Part shown: piece after piece, positions 56,662 to 64,000 of the stretch
How the letters are laid out: each line of letters begins with the position of its first letter
How positions within the stretch are numbered: position 1 is the stretch's first letter
NCBI GenBank assembly: GCA_902797145.1
Contig: CADBRR010000020.1
Coordinates: 13,725-77,724, forward strand
Direction: 5' to 3'
Origin: an uncultured Eubacteriales bacterium
GTDB taxonomy: Bacteria > Bacillota > Clostridia > Christensenellales > CAG-138
Length of the DNA: 64,000 bases
The notes under the pieces: generated by a model
The model's input: only the letters and a program-made list of their open reading frames with translations
The model's database searches: none
What the model was told of the DNA's origin: nothing
Made by a program: the position numbers and the translations under genes

Positions 56662-57276
56662 TTACTTATCAACATTATAATTTATTTTAGGCACTAACTT
56701 TGCCTTTTCAAATGGGTACACTGTCACAAACACCCTACCCTCGATTCTATTGAGCGGTATCGGTCCAACATTTGATGAACGGCTGTCATGGCTTCCGCCC
56801 GGTCGCCTGTTATCACCCATAACGAAAACATGGTTTTCATCAAGCGTAACTTCCATATCCGCTGTCCTGAAATAATTATCTTTCCAGTAATCGCTCTCAT
56901 CAAGAAGCTGACCGTCTATATATACCCTGCCATTTTCTATCTTAACAGTTTCGCCCGGAAGTCCAATTACTCGCTTTATGCACGAAACAGCATATCCGGG
57001 ATAGTAACAAACAATTATATCGCCACGTGAGGGCTTTGAGAACATATAGCTAAAACGCTCAAGGAACATCCTCTCGTTATTATCAAGCGTTGTAGTCATG
57101 CTCGTTCCGTCAACCCTTACGGGCTCAATACAGTAATTCCTTATTGCAAACGCAAGTATAACGACTGCAACAAGGTAAATCAAAAAGTCGAGATTATCAA
57201 TAATCATACTGTACTTTTTGTCCTTGTTCTGCTTTTCAGCAAGCTTTAAAAGCTCTTTTTTCTTTTTTTCAGTCAT
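56662..57276 (-). CDS. lepB: Signal peptidase I
   Basis: TM anchor, then GTSMTTTL (catalytic Ser), RGDIIV, KRVIGLPGE and GDNR motifs. Confidence 0.92.
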   Translation of the reverse strand: MTEKKKKELLKLAEKQNKDKKYSMIIDNLDFLIYLVAVVILAFAIRNYCIEPVRVDGTSMTTTLDNNERMFLERFSYMFSKPSRGDIIVCYYPGYAVSCIKRVIGLPGETVKIENGRVYIDGQLLDESDYWKDNYFRTADMEVTLDENHVFVMGDNRRPGGSHDSRSSNVGPIPLNRIEGRVFVTVYPFEKAKLVPKINYNVDK

Positions 57277-57481
57277 TTTTTATATCTCCGTTATTATTTT
57301 CCTTTATAATTTTCTTAGCTTTCTTGATAAAATCCTGTCTGTCGAGCATGATTATCCTATCACAGTTCAGGCATTTTATCTTTATATCAGCGCCAACCCT
57401 CGTTATAACAAACTCGTTCGTTCCGCAGGCGTGCTGTTTTTTCATAACAACCTTATCGTTAAGCTCAAAATCGTCAATCAT
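57269..57481 (-). CDS. DUF951 family protein
   Basis: 70 aa; KKQHACGTNEF...IKCLNCDRIIML is typical of DUF951. Confidence 0.8.
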   Translation of the reverse strand: MIDDFELNDKVVMKKQHACGTNEFVITRVGADIKIKCLNCDRIIMLDRQDFIKKAKKIIKENNNGDIKND

Positions 57482-57505
57482 AATTCACCTTTCATGATTC
57501 ACATT

Positions 57506-58354
57506 TTACTTATCATTTAATTTTACTACATTTACCGCCTGTATGTCTATACCTTCTTGATTAAATTTTTGAGTAATTCGTTTATTGAGTTCACCCTGTA
57601 TTGCCCATTGAGCAAGAGGCTGTACAGGAAGACACATTCTTAATACGGCAACTCCCGATGCAATTTTCTCTACACGAAGAATTTCAGGCTCACCCGTAAC
57701 GAGTTCATTTTCCTTGCCGTATTCTATCGCAATATCCTTCATTATCTCAAGACAATGCGCAGTATCAGAATATGCAGAAACGGGAATTTCAACCATCGCA
57801 AGGAACGTATCCCTTGAATAATTGCGTATCTTTGCGATTTTTCCGTTGGGTATGCTCGTTATATCGCCTTGGAAACTCTGAACATAAGTCGTTCTAAGCG
57901 TTATATCGGTAACAGTACCCTCTGTCACGCCTGACGAATCAAAAAGCTGTACATAATCGCCTACCGCTATCTGGTTTTCAAAAAGCATAGTAAATCCGAC
58001 CGCTATGTCGCTAATAAGGCTCTGTGCGCCAATGCCGAGCGCAATACCGCCTATTCCTGCGGCTGCAAGCATACTGTTCATTGCATTTGCAAAACCAAGC
58101 TCGCCAATAATTATAGCAGCAGCTATAAACCATATAACGTATTTTAGTATGCTTATTGATATTGTTTCAATAGTCTTTATCTTGTTTGCCTTTATCGCAT
58201 CATCGTTGTGTACTTTTTTGGCAACAACAACCCTGATTATTTTTGAAACTACCTTTACAAGTATTGCTGCAGCTATAATCGTGATTATAATGTTAAATAC
58301 CTGCACAAGAAATTCAAGATGATTTTCCTTAATAAAATTATATATAAAATCCAT
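57506..58354 (-). CDS. Small-conductance mechanosensitive channel (MscS family)
   Basis: Three TM helices, then VGDYVQL...GTVTDITLRTT. ATG at 58354 has a GGAGG RBS. Confidence 0.88.
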   Translation of the reverse strand: MDFIYNFIKENHLEFLVQVFNIIITIIAAAILVKVVSKIIRVVVAKKVHNDDAIKANKIKTIETISISILKYVIWFIAAAIIIGELGFANAMNSMLAAAGIGGIALGIGAQSLISDIAVGFTMLFENQIAVGDYVQLFDSSGVTEGTVTDITLRTTYVQSFQGDITSIPNGKIAKIRNYSRDTFLAMVEIPVSAYSDTAHCLEIMKDIAIEYGKENELVTGEPEILRVEKIASGVAVLRMCLPVQPLAQWAIQGELNKRITQKFNQEGIDIQAVNVVKLNDK

Positions 58355-58491
58355 AAAACCGCCTCCTGCCAAAGAATTTATTATAGTATATCATATTTAA
58401 TGTGAAAAAGAAATAAAAAATAGTTGACCTTAAAAATTTTATGGTATAAAATGAATATATGTATGAAAAATACTTTAAGGGAGGTAACACT

Positions 58492-59337
58492 TTGTATACT
58501 ATTGTTAAAAAGCGTCCGCTTCATGATACGGTAACGCTCATGGAAATCGAAGCTCCACTCGTAGCTCGTAAAGCAAGACCCGGTCAGTTCATTATCCTCC
58601 GTGTTGATGAGAACGGTGAACGTATACCGCTCACAATCGCAGGATATGATCGTGAAAAGGGAACAGTAACTATTATTTTCCAGAAGGTTGGCTTCACAAC
58701 AAAGAAGCTCGACTTACTCAACGAAGGCGATGCACTTCAGGATTTCGTAGGACCTCTTGGAACAGCTTCGGAATTTGAAGGCATGAAGAGAGTCGCTGTA
58801 ATCGGCGGTGGTCTCGGTGTTGCTATCGCATATCCGCAGGCAAAGGCTCTTCACGAAATGGGTGCAGAAGTTGACGTAATCGTTGGTTTCAGGAACACAG
58901 GACTTATGATCCTCATGGACGAACTTAAAGCTGCTTGTACAAACCTTTATGTAATGACAGATGACGGTTCAAACGGTCATAAGGGTTTTGTAACAACTGC
59001 TCTTGAAGAACAGCTCAAAGCAGGCGTTAAGTATGATACAGTTATCGCTATCGGTCCTCTCGTAATGATGCGTGCAGTATGTAACCTCACAAAGGAATAC
59101 GGCATTAAGACAATCATTTCAATGAACCCGATAATGATAGACGGTACAGGTATGTGTGGCGGCTGCCGTCTCACAGTTAATGGTGAAACAAAGTTCGCTT
59201 GCGTTGACGGTCCTGATTTCGATGGTCACCAGGTAGATTTTGACGAAGCTATCGCAAGAAGCCGTATGTATAAGAAAGAAGAAGCAGAAAGCAATGAGCA
59301 TTTCTGTAATTTGACAGGAGGTATCCGCAATGCCTAA
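58492..59337 (+). CDS. nfnA: NfnA/SudB-type FAD/NAD(P)-binding, [2Fe-2S] subunit (dihydroorotate dehydrogenase electron-transfer-like)
   Basis: PGQFIILRV and GGGLGVA motifs and a C-terminal CGGCR cluster. TTG start at 58492 lies 7 nt after GGGAGG. Confidence 0.85.
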   Translation: MYTIVKKRPLHDTVTLMEIEAPLVARKARPGQFIILRVDENGERIPLTIAGYDREKGTVTIIFQKVGFTTKKLDLLNEGDALQDFVGPLGTASEFEGMKRVAVIGGGLGVAIAYPQAKALHEMGAEVDVIVGFRNTGLMILMDELKAACTNLYVMTDDGSNGHKGFVTTALEEQLKAGVKYDTVIAIGPLVMMRAVCNLTKEYGIKTIISMNPIMIDGTGMCGGCRLTVNGETKFACVDGPDFDGHQVDFDEAIARSRMYKKEEAESNEHFCNLTGGIRNA

Positions 59338-60721
59338 TATGAGTCTTAAAAAGAATCCCTCAAGGGAACAGGATCCGAACGTTCGTAATAAGAACTTCCT
59401 CGAAGTAAGCCAGGGCTATGATGAAGCTCTTGCAAGAGATGAAGCTGAACGTTGTCTTAATTGTAAAAACCCCAAGTGTATGGAAGGCTGCCCTGTAAAC
59501 GTACATATCCCCGAATTTATTTCAAAGATAAAGGAAGGCAATTATCAGGAAGCATATTCAATCATCAAGGGAACAAGCTCATTGCCCGCAATCTGTGGCC
59601 GTGTATGTCCGCAGGAAAAGCAGTGTGAATCAAAGTGCGTAAGAGGTATCAAGGGCGAACCCGTTGGTATCGGCAGACTCGAAAGATTCGTTGCAGATTA
59701 TGCGTTTGATCATCCCACAGAAGTTGAAGCTCCCAAGTCAAACGGCAAGCGTGTTGCTATCGTAGGTAGCGGTCCTTCAGGCTTGACTTGCGCAGGCGAC
59801 CTCGCAAAGAAGGGTTATGAAGTAACTATATTTGAAGCACTCCACACACCCGGTGGCGTTCTCGTTTACGGTATCCCCGAATTCAGACTTCCGAAGGATC
59901 TCGTTCGTGCAGAAATCAAGACAATCGAAAAGTTGGGCGTAAAGATCGTTACAAACGCAGTTATCGGTCGTTCAATCACAGTTCATGAACTTATGGAAGA
60001 AGAAGGATTCGATGCAGTATTCATCGGTTCAGGCGCAGGTCTGCCTAACTTCCAGAATATCCCCGGCGAAGGTCTCAACGGCGTATATTCAGCAAATGAA
60101 TTCCTCACAAGAATCAATCTTATGAAGGCTTATAAGTTCCCGGAAACAGATACACCTATCCGTGTTGGTAACGCTGTTGCAGTTGTTGGCGGCGGTAACG
60201 TTGCTATGGACGCTGCTCGTTGCGCAAAGAGACTCGGTGCTGAAAACGTTTATATCATCTATCGTCGTGGCGAAGAAGAAATGCCTGCTCGTATTGAAGA
60301 AGTTCATCACGCTAAGGAAGAAGGCATCATCTTCAAGATGCTCACTAACCCCACAAAGGTTATCGGCGATGAAAACGGCTATGTAAAGGGTATCGAATGT
60401 GTTGAAATGGAACTCGGCGAACCCGATGCTTCAGGCAGACGCAGACCTACTCCCAAGGCTGGCAGCGAATTCACAATTGATGTTTCAACAGTTGTAATCG
60501 CTATCGGCAATAAGCCTAATCCCCTCATCAAGAAGACAACAGAAGGTCTTAAGACAAAGCCCTTCGGCGGTATCGAAATTGATGAAGAAACAGGCGCTAC
60601 AAGCATTCCTGGCGTATATGCAGGCGGTGACGCTGTTACAGGCGCTGCTACTGTTATCCTCGCTATGGGCGCTGGTAAGAAAGCTGCTAAATCAATCGAC
60701 GAATATTTGCAGAACAAATAA
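59330..60721 (+). CDS. nfnB: NfnB/GltD-type NADPH-dependent oxidoreductase (glutamate synthase small-chain homologue)
   Basis: CLNCKNPKC and ICGRVCPQ Fe-S motifs, with VAIVGSGPSG and VVGGGNVAMD dinucleotide folds. Confidence 0.9.
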   Translation: MPNMSLKKNPSREQDPNVRNKNFLEVSQGYDEALARDEAERCLNCKNPKCMEGCPVNVHIPEFISKIKEGNYQEAYSIIKGTSSLPAICGRVCPQEKQCESKCVRGIKGEPVGIGRLERFVADYAFDHPTEVEAPKSNGKRVAIVGSGPSGLTCAGDLAKKGYEVTIFEALHTPGGVLVYGIPEFRLPKDLVRAEIKTIEKLGVKIVTNAVIGRSITVHELMEEEGFDAVFIGSGAGLPNFQNIPGEGLNGVYSANEFLTRINLMKAYKFPETDTPIRVGNAVAVVGGGNVAMDAARCAKRLGAENVYIIYRRGEEEMPARIEEVHHAKEEGIIFKMLTNPTKVIGDENGYVKGIECVEMELGEPDASGRRRPTPKAGSEFTIDVSTVVIAIGNKPNPLIKKTTEGLKTKPFGGIEIDEETGATSIPGVYAGGDAVTGAATVILAMGAGKKAAKSIDEYLQNK

Positions 60722-60810
60722 TTTAATAGTTGTTTGATTACATAATTTTAACGCTGCTGCATCTCCTTTATAGGTCTTGCAGCAGCAATTTGATTATAGG
60801 AGCGTTTTTT

Positions 60811-61155
60811 ATGATTAAAAGAAAAGAAGATATGCGTTTGCAGGTTCGTGAAAACCTGCGTGGCGGTAATGGCATAGTTAAAAATTACCACATTTTTGAA
60901 CAAAACGAAACAGGCGATAGGTTTGAACTGTTCACTAAGTTCGTATTTGAACCCGGTGTCGGTATAGGCTACCATGAACATATTGAAAATTGCGAAGCAT
61001 ATTATGTGCTTGAAGGCGAGCTCACACTCGTTGAAAACGGTGTCGAAACTGTCCTCCGCCCCGGTGATGCTTCATTTGTTGCACATGGAAGCCATTCTAT
61101 CGAAAATAGAACAGATAAAACAGCTACAATGCTTGCTGTTATTATAAAGGCTTAA
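60811..61155 (+). CDS. Cupin domain protein
   Basis: GYHEHIENCEAYYVLEG...PGDASFVAHGSHS. ATG at 60811 has an AGGAG RBS. Confidence 0.8.
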   Translation: MIKRKEDMRLQVRENLRGGNGIVKNYHIFEQNETGDRFELFTKFVFEPGVGIGYHEHIENCEAYYVLEGELTLVENGVETVLRPGDASFVAHGSHSIENRTDKTATMLAVIIKA

Positions 61156-61181
61156 TTTTGTCCAATTTGATTATTTAAATT

Positions 61182-61216
61182 AGTCCGATTTATAACTCGG
61201 ACTTTTTTTATTTTTT
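61182..61216 (+). terminator. Intrinsic terminator after the cupin gene
   Basis: agtccga-tttataac-tcggact followed by tttttttatttttt. Confidence 0.85.
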
Positions 61217-61347
61217 GTTTTATAGTATTTTCATGATTATATAGGGCATTTCGCTCATCAAATTTGCTATTGACTTTAAGAAATCGATTTTAACTTTGAT
61301 TAATTTCAAAACGGGCTGCTTTTTATCAACTATTTTTTTAAAAATTG

Positions 61348-61376
61348 TTGACAATATTTGGAAAGTATTATATAAT
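61348..61376 (+). promoter_or_regulatory. Perfect consensus promoter (TTGACA-17-TATAAT) starting a ~330-nt leader
   Basis: ttgaca at 61348-61353 and tataat at 61371-61376. Confidence 0.7.
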
Positions 61377-61469
61377 TTTACTAACCAATACGGAATAATT
61401 TAATGTCTATTAGTAATTAAACAAAATCCGTAGTAAATGTATGGTTGCAAATAACTTTGCGGAGGTGAT

Positions 61470-61523
61470 ATGTTGCGACAACAACGTGCATTTACATATC
61501 GTATAACTTATACGAATAAATAA
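61470..61523 (+). CDS. Candidate 17-codon upstream ORF / leader peptide (MLRQQRAFTYRITYTNK)
   Basis: GGAGGTG lies 4-5 nt before the ATG. A 10-bp hairpin (cgctttatga/tcataaagcg, 61527-61565) follows immediately. It is too short for the ORF track. Coding status is unproven. Confidence 0.3.
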   Translation: MLRQQRAFTYRITYTNK

Positions 61524-61712
61524 GCCCGCTTTATGACTCTGTCGCCAAACTGAACTCATAAAGCGAGCAAGCGTTCATTTGAGGGGCTGTCGCACCCTTT
61601 TCAAATCGAACAATAATATTATACCCGATTTTTATCAAAAATGCAAGTATGAGGGTAAAAGTTTGGCACGCTTGCATAAATTAAAATCTAATTAAATGAA
61701 AGGAGTACTTTT

Positions 61713-62231
61713 ATGAAAAAGTATTTAGCATTGATACTCGCTATCGTAATGATAGTAGCAGTATTCTCACAGACAGCAATGGCTGTAACGTATGCACCGC
61801 ATAGCTGGTCAAGTTGGCCTACACAATCTACAAGCAATTACAAAAAATGGCCTACTATCGTAGTTAAGCGTTATATCAATGAAGCTTATGGCACAAGTTT
61901 TTCTTACACCAGCGGAACTTATACAATAAGTGTAAAGGCACGAGCTTTGATGCTTCAAAATGCATTAAATAACACCGGCAATTATACATTAACAGAAGAT
62001 GGCATTGTGGGCTCTAATACTTGGTATGCCATGCAACATGAACTCTGCCTAAGTGCACACAATAATGCTCGTGATGCTTATAAAGTCTATCACATTGATA
62101 GTTCTAATTATTTCTTAGAAGATACGGTTGGCGTTGCAACTTCCTATTGTTGGGATAAAGTTAATAATAAATGGTGTCTTAATACATCATCAAATGCTTC
62201 AGTTGCAACATGGGAGCTTGTATCATATTGA
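61713..62231 (+). CDS. Secreted protein with a putative peptidoglycan-binding (PG_binding_1-like) segment
   Basis: Signal peptide ending AMA-V. LQNALNNTGNYTLTEDGIVGSNTWYAMQ resembles PG-binding domain repeats. AAAGGAG RBS. Confidence 0.7.
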   Translation: MKKYLALILAIVMIVAVFSQTAMAVTYAPHSWSSWPTQSTSNYKKWPTIVVKRYINEAYGTSFSYTSGTYTISVKARALMLQNALNNTGNYTLTEDGIVGSNTWYAMQHELCLSAHNNARDAYKVYHIDSSNYFLEDTVGVATSYCWDKVNNKWCLNTSSNASVATWELVSY

Positions 62232-62265
62232 TTATTATTGAAGTAATAAATTAAGTTAAAGTTAG

Positions 62266-62294
62266 TTGCATCGGGGATAATTCCCCCGATGCAA
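62266..62294 (+). other. GC-rich 11-bp perfect hairpin between the two secreted-protein genes, with no U-tract
   Basis: ttgcatcgggg-ataattc-ccccgatgcaa. Confidence 0.5.
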
Positions 62295-62317
62295 AATTAT
62301 CAATGAGGAGAAAAACA

Positions 62318-63868
62318 ATGAAAAAATTTCTTATAATGTTACTTGCAGGAATAACGCTTTGTATGTCAGCTTGTCAGCAAACACCTGAAGAACCTGTCGT
62401 TATAAGCAAGAATGACGGTAAATTAAAGAGCATAATTTACGGAGAACCCGCACCGCTTGGCAAATATTCTGCTCCCGAAAAATGGGAAGAAACCATAGAA
62501 GATAATAACAGTATATTGACTGTTAAAATGAATGCTGATATATCAATTCCTGATGTAGAAGCATTTCCTGTATATAGAGTAACTCCGGAAGTTATAACAG
62601 ATGAAAAAGCAAACGATTTTATAACCGCTTGTATAGGTGATGAAAAAATATATTCTGTAGATAATTACAGAACAAAACAGCTTATAATGGACGAAATACT
62701 TAAATTGCAGAATGATATAGATGATCCTAATTCATTATTTAATTATTTGATCGAATTAGAAAAAGACGAGCCGGATTTTGATGAAATTTATGAAGAATCA
62801 ATAAAAGAAGTTCAAGAACAAATAGCGATGCGACAAAACGAATATAAAAATGCCCCCGATGAGGTTCAGATGACCGAAGCAGAGAGAAAATTTGTATTTA
62901 GGGAGGCAGCTTCACCTATCAGAGACGTATGGTATGAAATGTCAGGTGCAACGCATGATCTTGAAAAATATGTATTTGTTCAGCGTGATGAAGACATAAG
63001 AGGCGGATATGGACTTGGAATAAAACAAAAAATGATATATAATATGCGCTATAAAAAAAGGAACTTTCTCGGAGATTCAATTCTTAAGGTCGAGACATCA
63101 CATAAACATAACCTAAGAGGAATGAAATACAGCTATGAAGAAGCAAAAGCACTTGCAGATGAATGTATTCATAATAAATTCGGATATAAAAATTATGATG
63201 TAAACTTTGTAGGTTCTGCATATCATTTGCCGGACGGATATACTGACGAGGAATGGTTACTTATGGGGAAACAGCGAATTGACCTTGATGAGGATTATAT
63301 TTTTATATATACACCTCGGATAGCTGGCATACCGATTACTTATTATAATAATAAAAACTATAAAGTATTTTCCGGTAAAGAGGACGTTGCTCCGATAGTA
63401 TGGAATCAGCACAATATACTTGTGTCAATAGATAATGACGGAATTTCAAGTGTATGTGTTCGTTCATCGCTTGATATAAATGAAGAACTTAACAGTAACG
63501 TTAAACTTCTGCCGTTTGATGAAATAAAGAAAATATTAAAAAAGCAAATATTTTTTAACGCAAATTATAATATAACTTATGAAACACTTGAAGGCGATAA
63601 TCCATCGAAAATCGAACTTAATATAGATAACATACAGTTGGGTTATGTAAAATTAAGGGAGCAAGACGGACTGACAACCGAGGGTATGCTTATTCCAGTG
63701 TGGTGCTTCTTTGGTCTGCAAAGAAATATTTACGAAAAACAGGAAAATTCTCCATACTACCTATTGGATGAAAACAGTAGCGTAACATATCCGGGAGATG
63801 TTGCAATGCCGTTCCTCTGCATAAACGCAATTGACGGTTCAATTATTGATTTGAGCAAGGGTTATTAA
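62318..63868 (+). CDS. Lipoprotein of unknown function (516 aa)
   Basis: MKKFLIMLLAGITLCMSA-C lipobox. ATG at 62318 has a GAGGAG RBS. No recognisable catalytic motif. Confidence 0.75.
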   Translation: MKKFLIMLLAGITLCMSACQQTPEEPVVISKNDGKLKSIIYGEPAPLGKYSAPEKWEETIEDNNSILTVKMNADISIPDVEAFPVYRVTPEVITDEKANDFITACIGDEKIYSVDNYRTKQLIMDEILKLQNDIDDPNSLFNYLIELEKDEPDFDEIYEESIKEVQEQIAMRQNEYKNAPDEVQMTEAERKFVFREAASPIRDVWYEMSGATHDLEKYVFVQRDEDIRGGYGLGIKQKMIYNMRYKKRNFLGDSILKVETSHKHNLRGMKYSYEEAKALADECIHNKFGYKNYDVNFVGSAYHLPDGYTDEEWLLMGKQRIDLDEDYIFIYTPRIAGIPITYYNNKNYKVFSGKEDVAPIVWNQHNILVSIDNDGISSVCVRSSLDINEELNSNVKLLPFDEIKKILKKQIFFNANYNITYETLEGDNPSKIELNIDNIQLGYVKLREQDGLTTEGMLIPVWCFFGLQRNIYEKQENSPYYLLDENSSVTYPGDVAMPFLCINAIDGSIIDLSKGY

Positions 63869-63882
63869 AATATTTCTCCTAT

Positions 63883-63921
63883 GGGGCGGTAGGTTTTGTT
63901 GGGGAACTTCCCTGCCGCCTC
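63883..63921 (+). other. GC-rich hairpin after the lipoprotein gene, with no U-tract
   Basis: ggggcggtagg / cctgccgcctc is an 11-bp stem including G.U pairs, with a 17-nt loop. Confidence 0.45.
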
Positions 63922-64000
63922 GAAATATATTAAATTAAATTTTTTTACTATTTATGTAACCATTTGCCTATTTGAATCGTTTATATTATAAGAGGATATG

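Overview
This is a 64-kb chromosomal window from a low-GC Clostridia-type genome. A T-box leader, a BceRS/BceAB module, consensus sigma-A promoters and dockerin/cohesin modules suggest a Ruminococcus-like member of Oscillospiraceae; that placement is inference only. Most of the window is densely packed housekeeping genes, largely on the minus strand: gpmI, a pgk-tpi fusion, proBA, ktrAB, nrdDG, prs, murC, alr, argF-type OTC, ileS, degV, galE, hpt-tilS, upp, rpiB, tsaC, prfA-prmC, ispE, pgm, cysS, lepB, mscS and nfnAB. There are three tRNAs (Met, fMet, Thr). I saw no rRNA, CRISPR array, transposase or integrase.

The stand-out locus is 25.6-34.0 kb. A strong promoter and a clear cobalamin riboswitch with an intrinsic terminator drive a six-gene operon. 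It encodes a 926-aa secreted protein (DUF4430/transcobalamin-beta-like domain, prenyltransferase-like alpha/alpha toroid, cohesin-like module, C-terminal dockerin), a TM-anchored cohesin-like protein, a DUF4430 lipoprotein, and a complete ECF importer (T, fused A-A', S). I read this as a cohesin-dockerin-assembled corrinoid capture and relay apparatus feeding an ECF transporter. As far as I know, that architecture has not been characterised.

Other items worth a second look:
- an unclassified ~250-nt sRNA with a perfect consensus promoter and a terminator (24.09-24.41 kb)
- an orphan N6-adenine methyltransferase inside the Bce module
- a long leader carrying a 17-codon uORF ahead of two unknown secreted proteins (61.3-63.9 kb)
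- an in-frame PGK-TIM fusion
- a dockerin protein with a possible caspase-like His/Cys dyad

All family assignments come from reading motifs by eye. No searches were run.
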